Assembly (NCBI RefSeq): GCF_037042905.1 | Contig: NC_087249.1 | Span: 10,480,001 to 10,544,000 of the forward strand | Source: Lytechinus pictus | Lineage: Eukaryota | Length of the DNA: 64,000 nucleotides | Direction: 5' to 3' | Shown here: positions 52,055-64,000 of the stretch, piece by piece | Position numbering within the stretch: position 1 is the first letter of the stretch | Layout of the letters: the number at the start of each line of letters is the position of its first letter | Made by a program: the position numbers and the translations under genes | The notes under the pieces: model-generated | Databases searched by the model: none | What the model saw: only the letters and a program-made list of their open reading frames with translations | Told to the model about the DNA's origin: nothing

Positions 52055-52505
52055 TACCGTGTTTACACTTAATCGGCATTTGAATCGGCTCGTGGTTCTG
52101 AACCGCGAGCCGATTCAGCATCGGCTTTTTCATAGCGTGTAAACGCGAGCAACTTGAATCGGCTCGCGGTTCAGAACCGGCAATTTGCACCACCAAAGTA
52201 GTAGGTTCTGAACCGCGAGCCGATGCAGAATCGGCTGTTTTACTACGTGTAAACAGTAAGCCGATTCTGCACCGGCAATTTGTGCGCATTTCAATTACTT
52301 TACCATTGTGACGTAATTGTAAGCGCACTGATCCAGCGTTGTCTTTATTATGACGTATATTGTAGGTATGCGTATCATTTCAGGTTTTTGCATCGGCTCG
52401 CGGTTCTGAACCGCGAGCTGTAACAACGTGTAAACGCAATCCAAATGCCGATTCTGCATCGGCATTTGGTTCAGAACCAATTGCCGATTAAGTGTAAACA
52501 CGGTA
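52055..52505. mobile_element. Harbinger/PIF-like MITE built from palindromic subrepeats
   Basis: 24-bp TIR TACCGTGTTTACACTTAATCGGCA with 3-bp TSD TTG. Repeated atcggctcgcggttc(t/a)gaaccgcgagccgat palindromes. Confidence 0.88.
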
Positions 52506-53334
52506 TTGGTCTCAAAAGATGCGCAAGACTTTAAAGTATAAAGTCAGCGAGCGGCGCGGTCAGAAAATTTCGCGCGACGGCGCGGCGTAGTGACGAAATT
52601 TGTCGTAAGGGGGGGGGGGGGGTTAGATATTCTCTGGTGTTGGGTTCACTAACTTTTAAGCACCACTTTAGTTATTTGAAAGCCTTAATTGATGTTGGTA
52701 ATGTAAAGATGATTCACTTTCGAAATGTGATTTCATTGTCAGAGTTATATCATGATATCCGTCAGGGACGACGTCAAGATATTTCGATGGGAGGAGGAGA
52801 CGACTTAATTTAATTGTTATCATGCCCACTTTCAATACTTCTGAATAAATGGTGCCCACTTTTTATATAGAATTCTAGTCATTTCAACTATGATAAATTC
52901 ATTTTCGAGTAACAATTTTTTTTGTTTTGCTTGTCAAAGTTGTTCTGACCCAAATCACCTTCATTTCCAGGCAAATTTTTTTTTGATCGAATTTTGATTG
53001 TTTCTGACCAAAATACTGTCATTTCCGAACAAAACACTGTCTTTTTCGAACAAAACCTTTTTTTTTTTTGGGGGGGGGAGGGGGCTCTTTATTTTTTTTT
53101 ACAAACCAACACTCCCTCTTCAAAATCGTTTCCAGGCCCTGTCATGAGCCCAGTACCCATCGAAGGCCACTGATTTACTTATTCATATTTTATAGTTAAC
53201 ACAAGAAATGTTTTTTTTTACGCGCAATTTAAAATAAAGGCGATCATTCTTCCGATCGTGAAGAGATTTTCATTTTTTTAGGCATTTTGATGAAAGAGAT
53301 CATATTGAAATCTATCAGTATCAAAATTTTCATA

Positions 53335-53425
53335 ATTATATAATAGCCAATTTTTATAAAGCGCTTTTCCCAGAATGGCTCAAAGCGCGTTACAGCATAT
53401 TATTACCCCGGTCATTGGATTCATT
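53335..53425 (-). mobile_element. SINE 3' tail fragment
   Basis: ttataaagcgcttt...ctcaaagcgc.ttaca...attattacccc, an L2-type SINE tail as at 38390 and 43330. Confidence 0.5.
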
Positions 53426-54225
53426 TCAATTTCATATTGTATTTTGATCGATTTGTCAATGGACTTGCATTTGCAGTACAATACATGCAACATGCACAAC
53501 AACTACATGTTAGTATAATAGTTTCTCACATTTCTTTAGTATACCTATTTAACAGATAACAATTTAAAAACATGTCTTGATTAAAAAAACACCAACATGG
53601 ACATTTTGTGCGAAAATGTGTTTTGAGTTATATGTTGATCTCTCTGCTCCAATCTGACTACAAAAATAAAGTCATTTTCTTTTTGAAATTTATGTCAAAC
53701 GGGGTCCGGTTCCTAATTATACACATTGATGAAAATCAACAAAAGGATATTGATACATGATAAGCCTATTATAAATTTATATTCAAGGTGATGGCATACT
53801 GTTGTCGGCGAATATTCTAGATTGAAATTGGTCAAACAAGTCGTCTCTTTGACCATTCACAGGGAGTATGTTTTTGCTTTGACTTATTTGCACACTTTAC
53901 TCTCCCAAGTTGGATCGAACTGGAAATGTCGGATAGGGTACCACTATGAGAGAAGCTACAACGAATAATGAACAAGAGAATTTGCATTTAGCATCGCGGG
54001 ATTGAAGTAAAGTACGGATTATTATGATTATTATTATCGACTGCCTTTATTAAGCGAAATATCTGACATACCACTCATGCACACAGAAAGCGTTGTAAGT
54101 ACGTGATGCCGAGGAATTGTTGGCTTTGCTTTATTATGATTCCTTTTGTTTGCATGAGTTTTTCTTTTATTTGAGACGATTTTTTTTCTTTCACCCTCAA
54201 ACTATGGTAATAGCAACGGTAACTT

Positions 54226-54453
54226 GGGACCGTGACGGCCTTGGGGCCCTTTAGTCCCACACAATGCGCGTGTTTTACGAGGGTTGGCATGTCGCCGCAT
54301 TCCTGACGGCCTCCTCCCCGCCACCAGACACGCGCTGCGGTCGTCCTCCCGTGGTCCGTACGTCGCACAGACCCACGCCCCCATATTCTCTCATATCCCC
54401 GCAGAACCATCACGCCATATGGCGTATCATTGGTTGGGTAAGATAGTGGGGGT
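54226..54453 (+). ncRNA. Candidate structured RNA domain
   Basis: Three consecutive hairpins including a 10-bp stem gcgcgtgttt/agacacgcgc. Confidence 0.4.
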
Positions 54454-55928
54454 GATTTTTAATGACGTTCCCCTTCTCCTCTTCTCTTTCTATTCCCCCT
54501 CCTTCACTATATTCACCAAAAATTACAGGGACAGATGTAGAGGCCAATGGGCTTTACAGTTCAGGAAAGAATAATAAAGGTCGTGATTCATTAGCTGGTG
54601 AAAACAGGGTTTTTTTATAAAGAAAAGAGAGAAAGGAAAGAGAGAGAGAGATGGTATAGAGAGATATAGAGCAAGTGCCGTTTTTTAGGGGGGTGGTGGT
54701 TTTTGCAATGCTCTTACAAAACGATTATATTGTGGATAACATCAACAACAATAACAGCAATTGTGACGAAAGCAAGTACAATAATCATCAAATGCAAATC
54801 ATCAACAACAAAAATATATATACATGTATTTCAATTAGTCAAAGAAGATGGCATTCAGGTAACATTATTTGTAATTATAAGCTGATAGAATTGTTGAGCC
54901 GTTCTCGCACACATTCTACTCATAGCTTGCTCTTTCTTGTTCATAATTCCGGAAATTGAAGTTATGCATATAGGCCTTTTGCACTGACAAACTCTTCAAT
55001 AGCTTACCGTAGATAAAAAATAATGCACACCTGTGTCATTTGTTGTGTCTATTAAATTTGGAAACGCATAGCAAATTGCACAAAACTTTTGCCATGATAA
55101 AACTCTGGCAAAAAATATGCCCGATTTTTTATTCTTTATTCATGCGTGGTGTCTTTTGCATAAAACATTTGCCATGAAAAAAAACTCTGGGTAATAAATA
55201 AATACATGCCACTGAATCTTAACACATTGAAACTCTGGAACCCCCCCCCAAAAAAAAAAAAATAGAAAAAAAAATAATAATAATGATAATAATAATAATA
55301 GATAAATAAATAACAAAATGCCAGATTTTTTATATCTTTATCATTAAGCAGGTCTCAGAAAGGCATTAATTATTTCATTATTTTGATATAAACATTTTGG
55401 GAAGACGACAAGTGGTAAAAGCGGTAAAAATATGACTTATCAATTATTTTTCTGTTCACCGATCCCCCTTGCGCTGCTGCCTTTGTATAAAATAAACGGT
55501 TTATCCATCGAGAATTTATATCAATTTGTTAACTTATATTCTGAAGAAATGTTTTCTTCATATTTTCTGGGAAGCTTTCTCTCGTATCCCTGTTGATAAT
55601 ATTTATCTCCTCTCCTCATTTCCCTTTTCGTCCCCAACATTTTTTTTTAAATGAATAAAAAAATCCAGGTCTTGTCTCAAGTCAAAGGAGATACAAAAGT
55701 ATTTTGGTAGGGGTGGGGGAACGGGGGTATTATTACAGTTACGTGACCCACTACATGCACTTGTTTAATTTTTATTCTTTTTTCAATGTCCCCTATATCT
55801 CCTATTTCCCCCTTTTTCCACTTGAAAAAAAAAACACTCTTCGAGGCTCGCTCCCATACCACCCCGTTTACAACGATCATGTACCTTTTTATCACCTTCT
55901 CTTGTTCTTCTGCCCCAAAAGTCACACC

Positions 55929-56099
55929 GAATCGCAATGTTTGGTCAAGAACGCCAGTCTGTCTGTGTTTGATTAGGATCGTGAATGGACCTAAGAATAA
56001 AGAGGACCAGGTCCTCCTCTTGGTCCATAAGACAAAGCCTAAAAGAAAGTTTACGTCGTGCGCTTTGGGGGAAGGAGCGAAATTCACACCTTGCGATTC
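55929..56099 (+). ncRNA. Candidate structured RNA domain
   Basis: 9-bp closing stem gaatcgcaa/ttgcgattc enclosing nested hairpins. Confidence 0.4.
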
Positions 56100-59089
56100 A
56101 GCCACGTCCCTCTTGTAAAGCTGTATCCATAACGGAAAACATAGTAAAAGGTTTCAGAAAAAATGACTGATGGGAGAAACGGAGAGAGTGAGATTAAGAA
56201 ATGGGGAAGAAATGAAGGTGAAGGAGGTGTGTGTGTGCGTTTAAGATAGGGAGGGGAGAGAGAGAGAGGGGGGGGGGGGGGCGAACACATAGAGGATCAT
56301 GCCAGAGAGAAGAAGGGGAGAGAGTTTAGAATACGAGGACAAACTAGGGGTAAGGACAAAAGACAGAATCTTAAAAATGAGTAAGGGATAGACCTAGATT
56401 TAAAAATACACACACATATTATGTGGATAAAATGCCAGGAATTGCAGAAAAAAGAAAAGAACTTAATTGATATTGGATGAAATTAAATATTTGAAAATAA
56501 TCAAATTAAGTGAAGAAAAAGAGGAAAATTATATTGTCAAACTTAAAATAAATGAAAAGGGGACAAGGAAAGGAATGAGGTAAAACGATAGATGGAGGGA
56601 ATGAGAAGAAAGAGAGAGGGAGGGGGGGGGGGTGGTCGATGGATAAGCTGTTATAACCACAGGTAGAGTCTTCAGAGTTAGCTGAAATTAAATTGTGTTT
56701 TCTATGTTTGTTTTATTAAGCCCATAACACGTCGTCTTCGTTGGATTGTTGTTGTTAATTATAAACAAGATTACGATTTAAATCAAAGTTTGAAAAGTGG
56801 TTTATTACACAATAAAAGAGGAATTTTCCTTTCAATAACAAATCTCACCTTCAAAATCGAAGGCACATGTTTCAAATATCCCCCAAAGTAATCTCTCACA
56901 AAAAGTTACAGATATATATTTTGAAAATGAATTATTTCGATGATAAAAAATTTAAATTTGGGTTACTTTATTGAAAATCTAACATTATATACGGTATACA
57001 TATACTTTATCTGTTATATGCTTTTGAATTTTAACTCAAATTGTTAATCTTTAGACTTTTTGATGAGTTTTTTTTTAATAAGACCGAATTGAATTGAATT
57101 GAAAATCATACACATACATGTAGGTCTATTCGAATTCATAACATTCGCAGTAGCCTTGTCCTTTATTCGAAGGCCCCTCTCCCACGAAGCTCCTACTATT
57201 CTTTCGTTTGATACTGTAACTTGTAAGACGTTGTTTAAACATTGCCCCTGTACATATTGGATGGATGTGGTTACACTGTTGAGATCCTATGTTAGTCAGG
57301 AAGCGAACACAATGAGCTTACAATCTAGAGTGATTTAATCCCAGTGTTTTCAAACACATTAATTAATCGTTAATCAAACATTAAAGCAATAAAACAGCTT
57401 GTCGTTCACGTAACTGTCAAATCAGTCAGAGTCAAGTTCGTTGTCCGATAACTGAATTGCGATAGGCCTATTTACTAGAAAAAACAAGGTTTTACTTTGG
57501 TCCTGAACTGTTTGCCAAGATGCATATCAGCATTACCAGTGAGAAGTTTTTAAAATACACACACAAAAAAGTGTTCAAGACATACAAAAAGTTTTTTGAT
57601 GTGCGCCAGTACTTTTCATAATTATAGATTTTAAAAAATGAGAAACAAAAAACTTGTGCAGACACTTTCAAGATATCTGTGACTGAAAATCACTACTTAA
57701 TTTTCCTCCTGGGGAGTCTAGTCTAATTGCGACACATTTAGTGTATGGTGTTTCTTGTCACTTTATTTTCCTCTTTTTTTTTAAAGCACAAACTGATGAC
57801 TTTCGGGTGCATTTTTTTAAATAAATGGGACCTTACAGCACATCTTTGAAGTAAAAAACAAATCATGCCGTCTTAAGCAATCCAATATATTTTTTTTTTG
57901 CGTAAAAATCAATGGTAACCACTGTAGGACATATATAATTGTTCTAAAATGTAAATAAACTCATTGATTTTGTTTGAAGAGCGTGTCAATAGCGACCCTT
58001 CTTGACCGATTTTTCACACCAGTTTCAAAACATTTCATTTTGAAACATCAGGCCCAGCCAAACTGTTTAACGGTTAGCCCAAACATAATTACACAGTATA
58101 AAAATTAGGATCTTTTGAAAAGAGGTATTTTGTTCTTTTCTGGGCAGGGAACTTTGCAAATAAATTCTCGTAATTCTAGGAAAAGGAGCATCAAAGGCGC
58201 ATCATATTGAATGGGTAAACGAAAAGGGTGTTTTCACCAAAAAATAGAATAAGAATTTCTAAAGGGGGAAAACTTAGAAAGTAAGAACATTAAACGAAAT
58301 GAGGTTAAACATAGATATAATAATGTGAGTATATTTGAACGGTGTAACGTGATTTAAACTTTCCAAACACGAAGACTAATTAGAGAAAAACTGTTCGGGA
58401 GAGAACCCTCCTAAGTTTTGGGCAATCAACTGGTTAAGACTAAATAATTTGTAATTATAAAATGTATAACAGGTGGATTTAAGAACACCCGCACTATTAT
58501 CTACTGATTCTTATAGAATTCATTGTTCAACAAACGATGTAACCCGTGTTATCATATGTAGCCTATATGGAGAGATAGGAAGGGCACTGGGAACGATTTT
58601 TTTTTGCTGGATGGTGAAGTAAATTAATTTGACAAGCAAAAAAAAAGTTTCATTACAAAGTTCATACCAAAGTGAAGGCCGTTTCGGTACCAAGAAACTT
58701 GACAAGCAGAAAAAGGGGTTTCACTACAAAATGAAAGTCGTTTTGGTACCAAGAAATTTTCCAAGCAAGATAAAGTGTTTTTACTGCAAAATTGTTGGTC
58801 AATTTCCTTATATTTTTCCCATTTGCCGCATTTCCTTTGGGTGCTACCTATGGAGAATAATACACGCAGCACCCCCTGTGAAAATCTAGGGGGTGCCGCT
58901 TCACAGGGCCATGAAAATAGGGGGGGGGGAGAATCTTGATCTAATAAATAAACATGATCAGCATCTATAGGGATACATATTTGTTTATCAATTTACGCCG
59001 TCGTTTCAAATTATATAAATAAAGGTTCAAAAAGTGAAGCCTGCTACTTCATTTTTGATAATTTCAAAAGATTTCCTAATAAACCCAGA

Positions 59090-59278
59090 GCATTTCTTTT
59101 GATCATTTTTATCATCCAGTGTGATGAAAATTTTGCCCATTCTAAAACAATGGCTGCTTATTTTTTTGACCTTACTGGACAATATGCTTTCCGCATTGGG
59201 TAAAATACTGCCCCAAAGTGGTTGGACACATAACTACCCTCGTGCTGGTTAAAATTTTACCCAATATTTTTTACAGTG
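59090..59278. mobile_element. Palindromic MITE family B, partial copy
   Basis: Matches the right two-thirds of 46375-46627. Confidence 0.75.
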
Positions 59279-59390
59279 TGGAAACGGCCCATCCTCCCAA
59301 ACATGCCCAATGAATAGCAGAAGCATGAACGTGCGTCTATATGTCGCCGTTGGCAAGCTACATCAATCGTTTGTTTTGTCATTTAATATT

Positions 59391-59953
59391 CAAGTCCACC
59401 CCAGAAAAATGTTGATTTGAATAAAAAGAGAAAAATCAAACTAGCATAACGCTAAAAAATTTCATCAAAATCGGATGTAAAATAGGAAAGTTATGACCTT
59501 TTAAAGTTTCGCTTATTTTTCACAAAAAACGGTGATATGCACAACTCAGTGACATGCAAATGAGACAGACGACGATGCCCTTCACTCATTATTTCTTTTG
59601 TTTTTTATTGTTTGAATTATACAATATTTCATTTTGTGCAGATTTGACAATAAAGACCAACTTGACTGAACCATATAGTATAAGCAATTCTAATTCCGCG
59701 TGTTTAGGGAGAAAATGAGAATATTTCATATAATAAAATACAAAGGAAAAGTGAGTGGATGACGTCATCAGTCTCCTCATTTGCATACCGACCAGGATGT
59801 GCGTATAACTGTTTTGTGAAATTAAGCGAAACTTTAAAATGTCATAAATTTTTTTTTTTATATCCGACTTTGATGAAAATTTCAGTGTTATGCTTGTTGT
59901 ATTTTTCTCTTTTTATTCAAATTAACATTTTTTGGGATGGACTTGTCCTTTGA
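59391..59953. mobile_element. Palindromic (Kolobok-like) MITE
   Basis: caagtccaccccagaaaaatgttgatttgaataaaaagaga / tctctttttattcaaattaacatttttgggatggacttg arms with central atgcaaatgag...ctcatttgcat. Confidence 0.75.
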
Positions 59954-60093
59954 AAATGATTCGAATTTCCTTTTGTATGCAATATTTACCCTTTCATGCA
60001 GAAATAATATTACAAAAACAGTACAACACAAATTAAACGGTACTAACTACCCCCCCCCCCCCTCGAGCAAACACCTTACATCCTTACTGGAGG

Positions 60094-60324
60094 CATGGGC
60101 GGAAATCTGTCCCCAAAGGTAGGGGGGACCAGGGCCTGAAAAAAATTGACAAGCAAAACCAAAAAAATTAGTCCAAAATACATGTATTATTTCGAGTGTG
60201 AAGTGATGTATTTTTCTCCATAAAAAAGACAAAAAATAGTATGGGGACATTAGATATTGTGTCCCCCTACTATTGTTTGTAGGGGGGACACATCCCCCTG
60301 TCTCCCATGGGATTTCCGCCCTTG
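60094..60324. mobile_element. hAT-type MITE
   Basis: TIR CATGGGCGGAAATC / GATTTCCGCCCTTG with perfect 8-bp TSD ACTGGAGG. Confidence 0.88.
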
Positions 60325-63300
60325 ACTGGAGGCCTATGCGATTAAGTTAATCCATATAAATAGCCAACAAACTCAGTTATAATTATTTCCACACGTTAAG
60401 GTATACAGTATCCTCTTACCGACTTTTTTTTACTTCACAATGGACCAACGTTGGTCCTGGGATTCATCCTCTTTGAAGTTGGTAATGAGTCTTCTTTTAA
60501 ATCTCTTTAAAATAATCCTTCTTGCCCCGCCTTGTCGTTCTCCATAGTTCTTAAACCCCTTTGTAATATCTTGAAACAGGTTATTGTTGAGACCCTTGAT
60601 CTAGTTTGCTTACCTAAAAAATGTGTAAGGTTGATGATAATTCAACGGTTTTGTGGCCCAAGTTCGGGTTGTCTTTTCAGGGTGTTCGACGGAGCGAAAA
60701 ACGAGCGAACAATGCAGGGTAATAGACTTTCGGCGGCTTAACGGGACGGGATTGTAACTGTTATTTTCATGCAATTGCAAAGGGTCGCCCCATTTCATTC
60801 CCCCTGTTTTGTTGTTGTCTTGTACAACCTCACACACCTCTTAAAGGGACAGGATAGCAATTGAAATATTAGACTGAATGAATACCTTACCTGTTCACTA
60901 CAAGTCAGACGTAGTTAAAAAAAAACCTTTAAATTTGAATTTGAAAAGTGTTGTAACGTGAACACTTATTGTTATAATAATTATCCATTATCTTTTAATA
61001 AATTAATTAACTTATTTTCATTCCTTAATTTTTTTCATTTGAATATATTCTTGTCATAAAAATATCTTTCCTAAACACTTTCTTTCACTAACTGTAGGCC
61101 TAACTTACATTATTTTATTTATTCATTTAAAATTATACCCATGAACTAATTTATTGAACAATATTGGGATGTGTATCTGTGTGTTGCACTATCGGTGAGC
61201 ATGTATCCAACCCAACGCAATCTTATAGATTGATTTTCCAATCTTAGGAATTTAGAGAATACGACATTCGACGAAGTCCGGTGATAATTATGAAATGGTA
61301 GAACGGAAACAAGGAAATATGGAACTGAAGCGTTGCGAATTCCCCCCCCCCCCGAAATGACAGAAGCTATTTTAGTGAAACGTATTTGATCTTTGAATAC
61401 CAGAATACTGCTTGGTGCTGAGACTCTTCCAAAATTATCCATACAGTTTATTCAACATCTGCTGAGAATATACATTTTTAGAACTATACCGATGTTCACA
61501 TAGATATGTGCCAAAGATTAATGTACATTCCGTTGACACCAGGGGGAGAGGGGGGGGGGGTTATAACATTCCAGTCCATCTTCTTTAACTATTTTAATGT
61601 GCCATTATGTTTTGACAATTTGACACTTTTGCTCTAAACTTCTAAATAGCAAGTGCTTAACGTAATTGCTTATCTGTGATTTATTGGGAAACAAAATCAC
61701 AATATTTGCTATAGATACTATAATTAAACAATGTTTGAGCTCTAGGCATGCAGAAGAAAATGATTCCTACAAAAATGAAGTGATATCGAGGGTAGACGAG
61801 TGGGTTTGAAGCGGGCGCTGTTCATATCGTCACCATTGCTGAACGCGATGAAAGAAGACAAAGTGGGTAATGCCTCCGAAGACTGGTCCACGATCCATTT
61901 GGGAACAAATCGCATTTTGCTTATCTTCTAAAAAATAAAATAAAATGTATATTTTCATTTGCGGTTCAAATTAATTATAACAATACTAATATAAATTTTG
62001 GATGATCGCAAGCCTTTATTTTTTAGTATAGGCCCAATTGTTTTCAAATTTTAGCCAATCGTACGATTGATATGACGTCATACCGAATGATATTCAATTC
62101 CCTTTTATTCTAGTACGAATGGTAGCATAGTCGGATGTTTGAACAAAAAGTATTCATACGATGATTTAGAACTTTACATAGTAAGATATTTCATGTTTCA
62201 ATATTCGCATCATATTTACTAACTTGTATTTCAAAATCGGATTGCAGCCCATGATGAGAGATTAAACGAAAAGGAAGGACAATATGACAAGCGAAAAAAA
62301 AAGATATCTCTCAAAACTGTTTTACGATTGGAATGAGCAAGATATATATATATATAGAGAGAGAGAGAAACCGAGAAGGTTAGTATTAGAATGAAAGGTG
62401 ACATTTACTTGAATTCAGTGTACCTTCGACTCGTGGTGAAAGAAAAATATCCATACACCCACCCATGTTACTGGAAAGGATATTGCACAGACCCCAAGAC
62501 CTTGGAGCGTGCTCGGTTTAAATCATTCATGTTCCAATGACCCCTGTTATTTTCAGGGTGGTAACCAAAGTGATGTATAACCAACAATATTAAAGAAAGA
62601 GAGAGAGAGAGAGAGAGAGGGAGGGAGAATGGAGGAGGGGAGAGGGGGATATGGAGTTAGAAATGGAAACAATTATTCAAGAAACCACCCAACTCGATCG
62701 TACCCTAAATAACACGCAGACACAATACAAATCTCAAGACTGTAAATTTATACTGAATAACAACCCCCTTGTCCGAACGATAACGAGCCCCTCGTAAATT
62801 TAGCAACTTTTATGAAAGAAAACAGGATAATTCAAAACAAATCAAGATGCCTACCTCGATCCCACATGTGCTTTTATTGCATAATAACTGCAAGCGACTT
62901 GGGGTGAGCAACGACAGTCATTGGAAATTTGATTAAAAACTGAAGAAAAGAAAAAGGCTTGTTTACATTTGTCGTTAGATCGAGATTAACAATTTGATGG
63001 TCAATTAAGGGGACTATATTCGAGCCCAATCACTACACAGTTATGTGTGAGGTGGTTTTATTCAAAACAAGTCATGAAGAGGGAGAGAGAGACAGAGACA
63101 GAGGGAAAGAGAAGGTGTGGGGGTAGATATATGGAAGGCCGACAAAGAACATTTTAAATTTCGCGTTCATTCACCAACATAATTACGATATATCCTGTGC
63201 AACATTTGACACCTAAATGTTGATAGCCATTTATTATCAACATTCAAAAGAAAATCGTATAATCATTTATTAGCCCCAAAAAATGTGGTGAGGTAACTGT

Positions 63301-64000
63301 ACATGGTAATTGACTATTTCCGTAGGACACATACATTTTACCCAATTGATACATTTATATTGAAAACACGGAAATCTCTTGAAAAGGGGATTGAATTAAA
63401 GACTTGTTAAGGTGATTTTATTGAATTAAGGTAATTTAGTTGAGGGCATTATCTTCATGAGAGCCACGTTACATGCTTTATTTCCTCCAAAGTGTAATTC
63501 ATATTGAAAAATATCATCATCTATTGGGATTGAAATTTAAAAATAAGTATTAAAAAAATGACATATAGCTCTTATGCAAACTAAAAAAAAGAAACTACAC
63601 ATTTTTGGCACATCTACACCAAAAATTTGTTAGATATACTCTAATCATTATTAAAACATATTTCTTTTTGTAATGAATGACAAGTTCTTGTTGTTGGTGC
63701 TAAAGCAATTTGTAATGCAAATGAGGACGATCATCTCTCATCTGAGCAGCATACGGCAGGCGATTGCTGGAAAGATTGACGATGATATCAGGAGCGACGA
63801 CCACCAATAATCGACGGCCATAGGCTGGTCACGTGCAGGAGAATTCAACCAATGAGCGCCCGAGTCCCGCAAAAGGGTTTTTCAACAGAAACGTCTGTCA
63901 GCTAAGTGATTTTGTACGTTTGGTCTTGCCTGTGCGCGCGGTGTGAGAAGAGTGGAGGGACCAACCCCCTCCCTATACATAACCCACGATTCACTGTACG

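Larger units (their letters stand above)
50614..52627. mobile_element. Host non-autonomous element carrying two nested MITEs
   Basis: aaccct...G-run ggggtcaaattgacccc at the left end and G-run/ggtta at the right end. Interrupted by 50766-51553 and 52055-52505. Boundaries approximate. Confidence 0.45.

Noticed and set aside
52083..52480. CRISPR-like repeat array (also the periodic GCGAAGC motifs)
   Set aside because: Eukaryotic context, irregular degenerate repeats inside TIR/TSD-bounded transposons, and no cas genes.
52763..53141. hAT MITE (also 7240-7681 and 58582-58912)
   Set aside because: Only one convincing TIR-like end each and no matching 8-bp TSD, so boundaries cannot be supported.
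60669..60726. 38-nt exon (ttgtcttttcAG ... GTaata)
   Set aside because: Weak donor, not frame-preserving, and no recognisable peptide.

Overview
AT-rich, repeat-dense eukaryotic non-coding DNA. The repeat repertoire (Nin- and Deu-type SINEs, L2-group and Tx1 LINEs, hAT/Tc1/Harbinger/CACTA-type MITEs) suggests a marine invertebrate deuterostome, probably a sea urchin (inference). No host protein-coding exon can be supported. The only real coding sequences are two 5'-truncated minus-strand LINE reverse-transcriptase ORFs, a Tx1/L1-clade element at ~3.0-6.0 kb and an L2-group element at ~25.7-28.3 kb, each broken by a single in-frame TAG. Many non-autonomous DNA transposons have verifiable TIRs and TSDs, including a triple-nested hAT composite. 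The most striking unexplained signal lies between the repeats. About 30 short (80-450 nt), unique, GC-richer islands each fold by eye into nested, often multi-branched helices, and their non-canonical pairs are mostly G-U when read on the + strand. This suggests a very long + strand transcript (giant intron or lncRNA) carrying a serial array of structured RNA domains. The folding was done by eye only and needs z-score and covariation tests. Secondary highlights are a 7SL/tRNA/Deu chimeric SINE-like element, a minimal Penelope-type hammerhead candidate, periodic GCGAAGC mini-hairpins in the MITEs, and a HINE carrying nuclear-receptor DR1 motifs.
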